DNA of 57,081 nucleotides from Patescibacteria group bacterium (GTDB lineage Bacteria > Patescibacteriota > Patescibacteriia > UBA2591 > JAQUPP01): the NCBI GenBank assembly GCA_028717225.1, contig JAQUOF010000003.1, positions 1 to 57,081 on the forward strand. Reading direction: 5' to 3'. Under the pieces are notes generated by a model. The model was not told where the DNA came from. It did no database searches and saw only the letters and a list, made by a program, of their open reading frames with translations. Below are positions 44,992-52,576 of the stretch, one piece after another; position 1 is the first letter of the stretch, and each line of letters begins with the position of its first letter. Both the position numbers and the translations under genes were made by a program.

Positions 44992-45582
44992 ATGGAAATT
45001 AAAAATACACTTTACGTAACCAATAGGAAAAATTGGCGGAAATGGCTGATAAAAAATCATAAAAACCAAAAAGAAATATGGCTTATATATTATCGCAAAG
45101 AAACCGGAAAACCTCGTATTTCATATGATAATGCGGTCCTGGAAGCTCTTTGTTATGGGTGGATTGACAGCACTATTAAAAAAATTGATAAAGAGCGTTT
45201 TGCGCAACGTTTTTCACCGCGTAGACCGAGAAGCGGACTTTCGCAAATGAATAGAGAACGCATATATGAACTCATAAAAGAAAAAAAGATGACAAAATAT
45301 GGACTTAAAGCTATTGAGCATGCATTTAATCCGAAAATAGATGAAATCGATAAATTCGCAGTTCCCAAAGATATTTATAAGGCGTTGCGGAGAAATAAAA
45401 ATGCTTGGAAATATTTTCAAAAATTTCCGCTCTCATATCGGCGTATTAGAATTGCATACATTGAAGATCGCAAACAACACCATATGGATATGTATAAAAA
45501 AACACTCGCTTACTTTATAAAAATGACAGCACAAAACAAGCGGATAGGATTTGTGAAAGAAAGGAGAGATGCTATGGTATAA
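44992..45582 (+). CDS. YdeI/OmpD-associated family protein
   Basis: WRKWLIKNH...EIWLIYYRK.TGKP.ISY..AVLEALCYGWIDS pattern. Confidence 0.7.
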   Translation: MEIKNTLYVTNRKNWRKWLIKNHKNQKEIWLIYYRKETGKPRISYDNAVLEALCYGWIDSTIKKIDKERFAQRFSPRRPRSGLSQMNRERIYELIKEKKMTKYGLKAIEHAFNPKIDEIDKFAVPKDIYKALRRNKNAWKYFQKFPLSYRRIRIAYIEDRKQHHMDMYKKTLAYFIKMTAQNKRIGFVKERRDAMV

Positions 45583-45590
45583 AATTTTAT

Positions 45591-45632
45591 AAAAAAAAGA
45601 AGGAAGCGGTTTCTCCGCTTCCTTCGTGTTTC
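45591..45632. terminator. Bidirectional terminator
   Basis: GAAGGAAGCGG-TTTCT-CCGCTTCCTTC between convergent genes. Confidence 0.8.
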
Positions 45633-45637
45633 GTGCT

Positions 45638-45877
45638 TTATATGGGACGATTGAGATAGAAATTTTTACATCCCCTTTGAATAGCTTCGATTCCTTCATC
45701 TAAAAAACCCAATTTTAGTGATCGCGCTTCCTCTTCGGTGATTTCCCGATGAGATGAATACGAGTTAGATCCGAATTCAGTACCATTTTGGGTATCTGTC
45801 ATAACATCATTATAACTTGCACCAACAAAGTAATCTTTAGTGCATTTGTCTGACAAAGTGAATTCAATGAATATCAT
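45638..45877 (-). CDS. Hypothetical small protein (79 aa)
   Basis: Strong SD (AAAGGAGG on minus strand) and consensus promoter. No family recognised. Confidence 0.6.
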   Translation of the reverse strand: MIFIEFTLSDKCTKDYFVGASYNDVMTDTQNGTEFGSNSYSSHREITEEEARSLKLGFLDEGIEAIQRGCKNFYLNRPI

Positions 45878-45899
45878 TTTTTTACCTCCTTTGATTTTT

Positions 45900-45928
45900 A
45901 TATTAGCATATTTTTTTGTTTATGTCAA
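45900..45928 (-). promoter_or_regulatory. Promoter TTGACA-N17-TAATAT (minus strand)
   Basis: The reverse complement reads CTCTTGACATAAACAAAAAAATATGCTAATAT. Confidence 0.6.
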
Positions 45929-46014
45929 GAGAAGATGATAAAAATTATTTTTCGATGATTTCATAATATTTTGTTTATGGTATAATAAGGGTATAATTTG
46001 TAATTAAATTAAAT

Positions 46015-46365
46015 ATGAAAACTAAAAAATTAATCTCTCTGATTTTATTATCTATGGTTGTTTTGATCCCGGCGAATAATGTTTTCGCCGCAGATTGTTC
46101 TGTAAACGGGAAAATAGTTCCTTGTTCAGAAATGCCAATTTGGTCTTGGGTTGTGATGATATTATTAACTCTTGTTTTTTTAGTAATAGGCATTTTAAGT
46201 TTATATCGGCCTTTTATTGAGTGGAGCATAAAATTCAGCAATAAATTAAGCGGCATAAAAACGGAAATTACGCCAACGGCGATTATGTGGAGAAAAATTA
46301 CCGGAATAATTTTTATAATTATCTCGGTGATGGTCTTGATTTTAATATTCAGCGTTATTCCTTAA
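46015..46365 (+). CDS. Secreted/membrane hypothetical protein (116 aa)
   Basis: Signal-peptide-like MKTKKLISLILLSMVVLIPANNVFA plus three TMs. Confidence 0.55.
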   Translation: MKTKKLISLILLSMVVLIPANNVFAADCSVNGKIVPCSEMPIWSWVVMILLTLVFLVIGILSLYRPFIEWSIKFSNKLSGIKTEITPTAIMWRKITGIIFIIISVMVLILIFSVIP

Positions 46366-46403
46366 ATTTGCTATACTAAAAATATTATAAACAAAATTAA
46401 ATT

Positions 46404-47150
46404 ATGAAAAATTCAAAAGATATAAAACAAATCGTAAAAAGTAAATATGAAAAATTGGCGAAGAGCGGCTCTCAATGCGGTTGCAGCTGCAGCTGCGGAG
46501 GCAGTGGGAATATTTCAAAAGATATAGGATATTCGGAAAATGATCTCAAAGTAGCAGGAAGCGCGAATCTTGGTCTTGGTTGCGGAAATCCGGTAGCTTT
46601 AAGCAAGATAAAAGAAGGGGATACGGTTTTGGATTTAGGATCAGGTGCGGGCATTGATTGTCTTTTAGCCGCAAAAAAAGTCGGTAAAAACGGCAAGGTT
46701 ATCGGGATAGATATGACTGAGGCAATGGTTGAAAGAGCAAAATTAATCGCCAAAAATAATAATTTAAAAAATTTAGAATTTATTTTAGGAGAAATAGAAA
46801 ATCTGCCGATTAAAGACAATACGGTGGATGTTATAATAACAAACTGCGTCATAAATCTTACTCCGGATAAAGAAAAAACATTTAAAGAAGCTTATAGAGT
46901 TTTAAAAAAGGGAGGCAGAATGTATGTTTCGGATATTGTTTTATTAAAAGAATTGTCAGACGAGCAAAGAAATAATGAAGAGTTGTTATCTGGTTGCGTG
47001 GCAGGAGCGTTATTGAAAGAGGATTATTTGAATAAAATAAAAAAGGCGGGATTTATTGCCAATATTTTATTGGAGAATAAGGAAATAAGCAAAAAGCAAT
47101 ATCAAGGAATTCCTCTTGAAAGTTTGTCTGTTGAATTAGTTAAAAAATAA
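46404..47150 (+). CDS. SAM-dependent methyltransferase, arsenite methyltransferase (ArsM)-like
   Basis: Cys-rich N-terminus CGCSCSCGG, SAM motif VLDLGSGAGIDCLLAA, ArsM-like overall pattern. Confidence 0.7.
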   Translation: MKNSKDIKQIVKSKYEKLAKSGSQCGCSCSCGGSGNISKDIGYSENDLKVAGSANLGLGCGNPVALSKIKEGDTVLDLGSGAGIDCLLAAKKVGKNGKVIGIDMTEAMVERAKLIAKNNNLKNLEFILGEIENLPIKDNTVDVIITNCVINLTPDKEKTFKEAYRVLKKGGRMYVSDIVLLKELSDEQRNNEELLSGCVAGALLKEDYLNKIKKAGFIANILLENKEISKKQYQGIPLESLSVELVKK

Positions 47151-47158
47151 TTTAAATT

Positions 47159-47839
47159 ATGTTTATTTTAATTTTGTGGATTATCGGAATAACGAGTTTT
47201 ACGCTATTGGGCAGCTGGTATGTCAAAAAATATAATAAGCCCGATTTGTTGATCGCGCTTTATGTGACTTTTATTTTAGTCGCCCAGATATTGGCAATAA
47301 AAATTTCCGCTTTTGATTTGGGGTTTAAGACATTTTTCGCGCCGAGCGGAATTCTTGTTTTTTCCATCACTTATCTTCTGACGGATATTGTGAACGAAAA
47401 GTTCGGCAGAAGGGAAGTTCAAAAAATGATTTTAATCGCTTTTATTTCTCAGGTGGCGATGGTATTTTTCTTTTGGCTGGGCGTGATATTTCCGGCCGCG
47501 CCATTTTGGCAGATGCAAGATGTTTGGAAACAGATATTCGGATTAGTGCCGCGGATCGTGGCGGCAAGCTGGATTGCCTTTTTAATCAGCGAAAATGTTG
47601 ATGCAATTATTTTCTCATATTTTAAAACAAAAACAAAAGGCAGATATTTGTGGATGAGAAACGCATTCAGTTCTTTGCCCGCGCTCGCTTTGGATTCGCT
47701 TCTTTTTATCACAATCGCTTTTTTGGGAGTTTCGCCGATTTGGCCATTGATCTTGGGTCAAATTACAATTAAATGGCTGGTGGGATTGATTAACATCCCT
47801 TTTATGTATTTCAATAAATGGGTGATGGGAAATAAATAA
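47159..47839 (+). CDS. Queuosine-precursor transporter (YhhQ/VUT family)
   Basis: Six TMs, ITYLLTDIVNEKFGRRE motif. Confidence 0.75.
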   Translation: MFILILWIIGITSFTLLGSWYVKKYNKPDLLIALYVTFILVAQILAIKISAFDLGFKTFFAPSGILVFSITYLLTDIVNEKFGRREVQKMILIAFISQVAMVFFFWLGVIFPAAPFWQMQDVWKQIFGLVPRIVAASWIAFLISENVDAIIFSYFKTKTKGRYLWMRNAFSSLPALALDSLLFITIAFLGVSPIWPLILGQITIKWLVGLINIPFMYFNKWVMGNK

Positions 47840-47860
47840 AGTATTTTTAGATAAAAAAAC

Positions 47861-47901
47861 GGGCCTTAATCTTACACTATTATGTGTGTAGATTAAGGCC
47901 C
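47861..47901. terminator. Bidirectional terminator
   Basis: GGGCCTTAATCTTACAC / GTGTAGATTAAGGCCC flanked by A and T runs. Confidence 0.8.
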
Positions 47902-47909
47902 TTAAATTT

Positions 47910-48371
47910 TTAAAAAAGGTTGAAATGTCCGTAAAATCCTCCAAGAACTATCCAAGGACAGTTCTGGTAGGTACTATACGGAGTCACCAGTTTTGCTCCT
48001 GGATTTTCTCCTGAGACCTGACGACCTAGTCCTACTTCAATAGACCAGTTGTTAAAGATTTTTGTACCCGCACCAAATGTTATGGCAAAACCTGTTCGAT
48101 TTTCTCCGCCTCCTTTTACTTCGGAGATAAGAGCCCCACCAAAGATATAAGAAATTTCAGAATTTAAGATTCTTATAGCTTCTACCCGATGCATCCATAA
48201 TACTACATCATGATCAGGTCGTGGGAATCCGGTTAGGGAGGTTTGACCACCCCATACATTATTAGTAGCGACAGCCTTTACTCCGAGAAAATTCGGTCCT
48301 CCTTCTAGTCCAAACTGTATACTTAAATTTGAAGGAGAGGCCATTACCAGCATCATCAATAAACTAAACAT
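47910..48371 (-). CDS. Small beta-barrel outer-membrane-protein-like protein
   Basis: Short signal-like N-terminus, alternating hydrophobic beta-strand pattern, Gly-rich turns, C-terminal ...GFYGHFNLF ending in Phe. SD GAGGGGGG before ATG 48371 (GTG 48377 also possible). Confidence 0.5.
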   Translation of the reverse strand: MFSLLMMLVMASPSNLSIQFGLEGGPNFLGVKAVATNNVWGGQTSLTGFPRPDHDVVLWMHRVEAIRILNSEISYIFGGALISEVKGGGENRTGFAITFGAGTKIFNNWSIEVGLGRQVSGENPGAKLVTPYSTYQNCPWIVLGGFYGHFNLF

Positions 48372-48518
48372 ATTCACCCCCTCTTTTTTTACTTTTTTTT
48401 GGTTGTTAAATTACCAACTTATTGTACATATTTAAAATATCACATTTTTCGATTTTTGTCAAGTGGATAAAAATGAGCCTTTATATATCAATAGTTTATT
48501 GATTAATTTCTGATGGAG

Positions 48519-48546
48519 TTGACATTTCTTGATTTTATGCTATAAT
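48519..48546 (+). promoter_or_regulatory. Promoter TTGACA-N16-TATAAT (TGn)
   Basis: Read directly. Confidence 0.65.
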
Positions 48547-48566
48547 TTAAACATAAAGGAGGGAAA

Positions 48567-48764
48567 ATGGACATTTTTGATAATAATCATCCAGGTTATT
48601 GGCAGATTTCTACTAATCCAAATTCTACAATTAAAGCGGATGAAGTTAAAAAAACTTTAAGGAAACTAGGAATTTTGCCCATAGAACCGATTTCTGATTG
48701 TCCAAAGTTGGACAAGCCGGATAAAAGGACTTTTAGAGAAATATTGGAAGCCTGTATGAAATAA
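48567..48764 (+). CDS. Hypothetical small protein (65 aa)
   Basis: SD AAGGAGGG, terminator downstream. Confidence 0.55.
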   Translation: MDIFDNNHPGYWQISTNPNSTIKADEVKKTLRKLGILPIEPISDCPKLDKPDKRTFREILEACMK

Positions 48765-48794
48765 AAAGGCGTTGAGTTAATCCGCGCCTTTTTG
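48765..48794 (+). terminator. Intrinsic terminator
   Basis: AAAGGCG-loop-CGCCTTT plus T-run. Confidence 0.7.
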
Positions 48795-48856
48795 ATATAA
48801 AGGGATTATAGCATTTCATTTAGAATTTATTAAATCGGAAATTATCAAATTATTAC

Positions 48857-48898
48857 TAGTACACTTATTTTACACGGCCGTGTAAAATAAGTGTACTA
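48857..48898. repeat. 42-bp perfect palindrome TAGTACACTTATTTTACACGG|CCGTGTAAAATAAGTGTACTA
   Basis: Read directly. Centre lies about 52 bp upstream of the -35 at 48929. Related copy at 56806-56845. Confidence 0.9.
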
Positions 48899-48928
48899 AT
48901 TTATTTATTATATTTACTAAAAGAAACC

Positions 48929-48956
48929 TTGACATTTTTTGAAAATATGCTATAAT
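48929..48956 (+). promoter_or_regulatory. Promoter TTGACA-N16-TATAAT, bracketed by AACCTTGA/TCAAGGTT
   Basis: Read directly. Confidence 0.65.
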
Positions 48957-49015
48957 TTTTTTTCAAGGTTCATTAATAAATAAAAACAAAATAGAAAAAA
49001 AGAAGGGAGGCAAAC

Positions 49016-49447
49016 ATGGGAACAGCAACAGAAATTATAGTAAAGGATCAGGAAGAAATCCGAGAGGTATTGAGAAGAAATTTTTTGGAGCTCAAAAGAG
49101 TTTTAAAAGATCGGAACATCAAAATAGGTGAGTTAAGGCTCTATGGGGCCGAAGAGATAAAAGAGGATTTTGAACTTCCTGTTTCCGAAATTATAAAAAG
49201 TGAGGGACGCATATTCACTTTTGAGAAAGGAGAGCACAAAGGCTCTGCTTGTAACATAGATTTTATAAAGGAGATGGATAAATTGGAATCCTTTATAACA
49301 GAAGATGTCTGTGCTCTAGTGTGTCCCATATTAAAAGGTGAAGCTATAGTGATTATTATTTCTTGTACTGAGGGCGCGTTTTCGGATTTTCCAGAAGTAG
49401 AAGAATGTCTAAGGGCATGGATGGTTAGCCTAAAGACTGCTAAATAA
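49016..49447 (+). CDS. Hypothetical protein (143 aa)
   Basis: SD AGGGAGG, terminator downstream. No family recognised. Confidence 0.6.
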   Translation: MGTATEIIVKDQEEIREVLRRNFLELKRVLKDRNIKIGELRLYGAEEIKEDFELPVSEIIKSEGRIFTFEKGEHKGSACNIDFIKEMDKLESFITEDVCALVCPILKGEAIVIIISCTEGAFSDFPEVEECLRAWMVSLKTAK

Positions 49448-49469
49448 AATAATGAAAATGAATAAAAAT

Positions 49470-49500
49470 AAGGGGCGACGGCGAAGTCGCCCTTTTATTT
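49470..49500 (+). terminator. Intrinsic terminator
   Basis: AGGGGCGAC-loop-GTCGCCCTT plus T-run. Confidence 0.8.
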
Positions 49501-49517
49501 ATCCCCAAATATAGGGC

Positions 49518-49677
49518 TTGACCCTCTCATAAGGAAAACTATTGTCTTCCTTAGAAATTACAGCTTAATAGGCATAAAGTTAAAAATAAGCATCTAGATA
49601 AGATAAAATCAGTGTATATATAAAAAAATGAAAGATAGTATGCCTTTTATGGTTTTCCACATGTGAGGGGGTTGACA
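49518..49677 (+). repeat. Structured spacer element E1 (TTGACCC...GGGGGTTGACA), 160 bp
   Basis: Subterminal inverted repeat CCCTCTCATAAGGAAAAC / GTTTTCCACATGTGAGGGGG. The 3' TTGACA plus N16 plus TATTAT forms the promoter of the next ORF. Confidence 0.7.
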
Positions 49678-49790
49678 AAATTCAAAAATATGCTATTATA
49701 TATAACACAATATAGTTCTTTATAAATAGCCGAAGCGAATCCGGGCTAAAAAGAAAGGATTCGCAAAACTAATAAGACGGGAGGTCTTAA

Positions 49791-50204
49791 ATGAATAAAT
49801 TTCAAAAAATTCTGTTAATTGTTGTTGTGTTTACTGCCATAGGAGCTTATGCTTCTACTACAAATTTGGAAAACAAATTTACACCGGTTGTAAGCAAGGT
49901 AACAACAATGCCAGAAGTATTGCCGATGAGTATAGAGATAAGTAATAATGATTTATCTACCGTTGCTCAGCCCGTTGAATTAGTTTCGCAGGTTTTAGTA
50001 AAACCGGTAAAAAAAGAGATTGGAAAAATCGAATTCAATATTCCGAAGGTGAATATAGTAAAACCGGTCAATTCTGTTGAGAACTCTTCAACTTTATTTT
50101 TGCATAAGGTTAAAATTGAAGATAGGAACTCCTTAGTTTTTCAAGCGAGAGACACACTAAGAAGACAACAGGAAGAGCTAAATATCCAAATAGCGAGTAT
50201 ATAA
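49791..50204 (+). CDS. Hypothetical secreted/anchored protein (137 aa)
   Basis: N-terminal hydrophobic segment, SD GGGAGG. Confidence 0.6.
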   Translation: MNKFQKILLIVVVFTAIGAYASTTNLENKFTPVVSKVTTMPEVLPMSIEISNNDLSTVAQPVELVSQVLVKPVKKEIGKIEFNIPKVNIVKPVNSVENSSTLFLHKVKIEDRNSLVFQARDTLRRQQEELNIQIASI

Positions 50205-50211
50205 CATATCA

Positions 50212-50253
50212 GGGTGCAGAACTAGTTTGACTAGTCTGCACCCAATTTTTTTT
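50212..50253 (+). terminator. Intrinsic terminator
   Basis: GGGTGCAGAACTAGT / ACTAGTCTGCACCC plus T8. Confidence 0.85.
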
Positions 50254-50254
50254 C

Positions 50255-50397
50255 TTGACCCCACCACCTAGAAATTATATTTTTTAATGCGAAATATAAA
50301 TTAAATTTATGATTTATTAGATCTTTTTATTAAAAAAATATAATTTAATTAAAAACATAAAATTGAGCATTATAATTTCTGGGTGGTGGGGTTGACA
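50255..50397 (+). repeat. Structured spacer element E2 (TTGACCCC...GGGGTTGACA), 143 bp
   Basis: Terminal inverted repeat CCCCACCACCTAGAAATTATA / TATAATTTCTGGGTGGTGGGG. The interior is the reverse complement of E3. The 3' TTGACA plus N16 plus TATAAT forms a promoter. Confidence 0.8.
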
Positions 50398-50481
50398 GAT
50401 TTTATTTTTTTGTTATAATAAAAAAAGATTTAAGGATATAACCTTAAAAAGAGCCCGCCTATCGGCAGGCAGGGAGGAAAG

Positions 50482-50886
50482 ATGAGAAATTTTTTGAAGT
50501 TGGGAATGTCAGTTGCCTTGGGATTTATTCTCTGCAATATTTTTCTGGCCAATCCGGTCAGAGCAGAATTATCGGTTCCTGATGTAATGACCGTAACACA
50601 ATCAAAAGACCTTGATTGTGTTACAAATCCAAGTTATATCATCAATGCTGATTCGGTAATCTTGGATTTAGTGGAATCAAAAATAATTATTGAATGGGGT
50701 TCTTTAATAGTTATTGATTCTACGGGGCAAAAAACTGTGGAAATACAAATGAAACGAGGAATTGTTTTTTTAGATAGTACGTGGAATACTATCTATCTGG
50801 TAAAAAATTTGAATGATTTTGTTATATTTGCTGCGAATAATGGTAAATACAATAAAATTAAGGAGGGGAAAATAGAGAAATATTAA
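50482..50886 (+). CDS. Hypothetical secreted protein (134 aa)
   Basis: Signal peptide MRNFLKLGMSVALGFILCNIFLANPVRA, SD GGGAGG. Confidence 0.6.
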   Translation: MRNFLKLGMSVALGFILCNIFLANPVRAELSVPDVMTVTQSKDLDCVTNPSYIINADSVILDLVESKIIIEWGSLIVIDSTGQKTVEIQMKRGIVFLDSTWNTIYLVKNLNDFVIFAANNGKYNKIKEGKIEKY

Positions 50887-50892
50887 TAAAAA

Positions 50893-50928
50893 TTAGGCCG
50901 AGATGAACTCTCGGTCTAATCATTTTTT
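50893..50928 (+). terminator. Intrinsic terminator
   Basis: TTAGGCCGAGA-TGAAC-TCTCGGTCTAA plus T-run. Confidence 0.8.
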
Positions 50929-51073
50929 TTGACCCCACCACCAAGAAATTATAATGCTCAATTTTATGTTTTTAGTTAAATTATATTTTTTTAATAAAAA
51001 ATTCTAATAAATCATAAATTCAATTTTATACTTCGCATTAAAAAAATATAATTTCTAGGTGGTGGGGTGGACA
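50929..51073 (+). repeat. Structured spacer element E3 (TTGACCCC...GGGGTGGACA), 145 bp, inverted copy of E2
   Basis: The interior reverse complement aligns with E2 along its full length, with about 8 differences by eye. The 3' TGGACA plus N17 plus TATACT forms a leaderless promoter. Confidence 0.8.
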
Positions 51074-51102
51074 TAATTTTTAAAAAATATTATACTGATA
51101 AT

Positions 51103-51501
51103 ATGAAAATTGCGATTTGTGGCAGCATTGCCTTCTCAAAAGAAATATTGGAAACTCAAAAAATCCTTGAAGCAAAAGGATTTGTTGTGATTGTGCCCAA
51201 GGATATTTTAAAATACGCCGAAGGCGAAGTTAGTCATGAAGATAAATGGGCGAAAATTGAAGGAGATGTTTTTAAAGAATATTTTGAAGAAATAAAAAAA
51301 TGCGATGCAGTATTGGTTATCAATAAAGATAAAAATAACATTGAAAATTATATCGGAGGCAACAGCTTGATAGAGATGGCTTTTGCGCATATTTTAAATA
51401 AAAAAATATTTTTGTTAAATCCGATTCCTAAAATTAATTATACTGACGAAATAGAGGCAATGAAACCGATTATTCTCAATGGCGATTTGGATAAAATTTA
51501 A
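51103..51501 (+). CDS. Nucleoside 2-deoxyribosyltransferase-like (flavodoxin-fold) protein
   Basis: MKIAICGSIAF...CDAVLVIN...GGNSLIEMAFA pattern recalled from the NDT-like/DUF4406 family. ATG lies 6 nt after the -10. Confidence 0.4.
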   Translation: MKIAICGSIAFSKEILETQKILEAKGFVVIVPKDILKYAEGEVSHEDKWAKIEGDVFKEYFEEIKKCDAVLVINKDKNNIENYIGGNSLIEMAFAHILNKKIFLLNPIPKINYTDEIEAMKPIILNGDLDKI

Positions 51502-51508
51502 TAAGGGG

Positions 51509-51629
51509 TTGACCCTATTAGAGATTCATAATAGATTTTATTTTTTTATAAAGATTATAAGGCAAAGCCACTTCGTTCTTGATTTAATTTAATAGATAGC
51601 CCTACTTTAAATCTTTAACGGGGTTGACA
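51509..51629 (+). repeat. Structured spacer element E4 (GGGGTTGACCC...GGGGTTGACA), 121 bp
   Basis: Inverted repeat CCCTATTAGAGATT / AAATCTTTAACGGGG. The 3' TTGACA plus N17 plus TTAAAT forms a promoter. Confidence 0.65.
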
Positions 51630-51699
51630 AAAATAATTTTTTCTGATTAAATTAAAATAAGATATTAATATAACTTAGGTTCTTTGAAAGGAGGCTTTG

Positions 51700-52317
51700 A
51701 TGAAAAAAAATTTTGAGCCCAAATATGTCTATCTGCCCGTAGCATGCGCAATTATGGGTAGAAATATTTTTGGCATAGAAGAAGCAAGAAAGCATCTTGG
51801 CATTTACCCAACTGAAGAACAGTTTGGGATTTTGTCTCAAATACCATACTCCGAAACAGTGTTAAGGAATCTTAAAGATAAGTATGTTTTGGTTGTTAAT
51901 TATGGCGAACCAATCCTTACTCAAAAAGCCATGAAGCCAAGTTTTTTTTATGGCAGTAAAAATTCAGAGTATAATAACGAAGAATTTGCCAAAAAGGCGG
52001 GGAAGATAGAGTGGAATTTAATAAGGAAAACAGAAATTCCGGGCTCTGTCAATAAATCTTATCGCGATCAGATGTTATTACTTCGGAAAAATGAATCTGT
52101 ACCAACAGCACAGCAACTCGTGAATGCCATGGTTGCTTTTAGTCTGTTAGGGGAGCGGCTATTCAGGCATTGGTTTGTGAGGGTCTATGATATAGACGGA
52201 TACGGCAATTGTATTTATTTGGGCAACCCCAAGTCAACAAACATCCGGATATATAAATATAATAAGGATGTTCGTTTGGAGAGAGTGGGATTGTCCAGCC
52301 AGATAATACCAATGTAA
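51700..52317 (+). CDS. Hypothetical protein (205 aa)
   Basis: SD AAGGAGG 5 nt upstream of ATG 51700. No family recognised. Confidence 0.6.
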   Translation: MKKNFEPKYVYLPVACAIMGRNIFGIEEARKHLGIYPTEEQFGILSQIPYSETVLRNLKDKYVLVVNYGEPILTQKAMKPSFFYGSKNSEYNNEEFAKKAGKIEWNLIRKTEIPGSVNKSYRDQMLLLRKNESVPTAQQLVNAMVAFSLLGERLFRHWFVRVYDIDGYGNCIYLGNPKSTNIRIYKYNKDVRLERVGLSSQIIPM

Positions 52318-52325
52318 TTTAATTC

Positions 52326-52363
52326 AGAGTCCTTGTTTTATTGTAAGCAAGGACTCTTTTTTT
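52326..52363 (+). terminator. Intrinsic terminator
   Basis: AGAGTCCTTG-loop-CAAGGACTCT plus T-run. Confidence 0.85.
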
Positions 52364-52388
52364 ATTCACAATAACTTTTCAACTCCAG

Positions 52389-52417
52389 TTGACAAGATTT
52401 TAAAAATATATTATATT
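52389..52417 (+). promoter_or_regulatory. Promoter TTGACA-N17-TATATT
   Basis: Read directly. Drives the 8-codon ORF unit. Confidence 0.55.
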
Positions 52418-52440
52418 TTATATAATTAAAGGAGGTGATC

Positions 52441-52467
52441 ATGCTTCTAAAAGGAATTCCGCCTTGA
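52441..52467 (+). CDS. 8-codon mini-ORF (MLLKGIPP) with perfect SD; micropeptide, leader or decayed cassette
   Basis: AAAGGAGGTGATC-ATG, stop after 8 codons, terminator 40 nt downstream. Confidence 0.25.
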   Translation: MLLKGIPP

Positions 52468-52507
52468 TGATAATTAATCACTTTAAACCACTTATTTAGG
52501 GGTTAGG

Positions 52508-52546
52508 GGTTGGGAGAAGATCGAAATTCTCCCAACCTGTTTTATT
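52508..52546 (+). terminator. Intrinsic terminator
   Basis: GGTTGGGAGAA-loop-TTCTCCCAACC plus TGTTTTATTT. Confidence 0.8.
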
Positions 52547-52576
52547 TCATTGGAATTTATTTATACACCGACGGAA

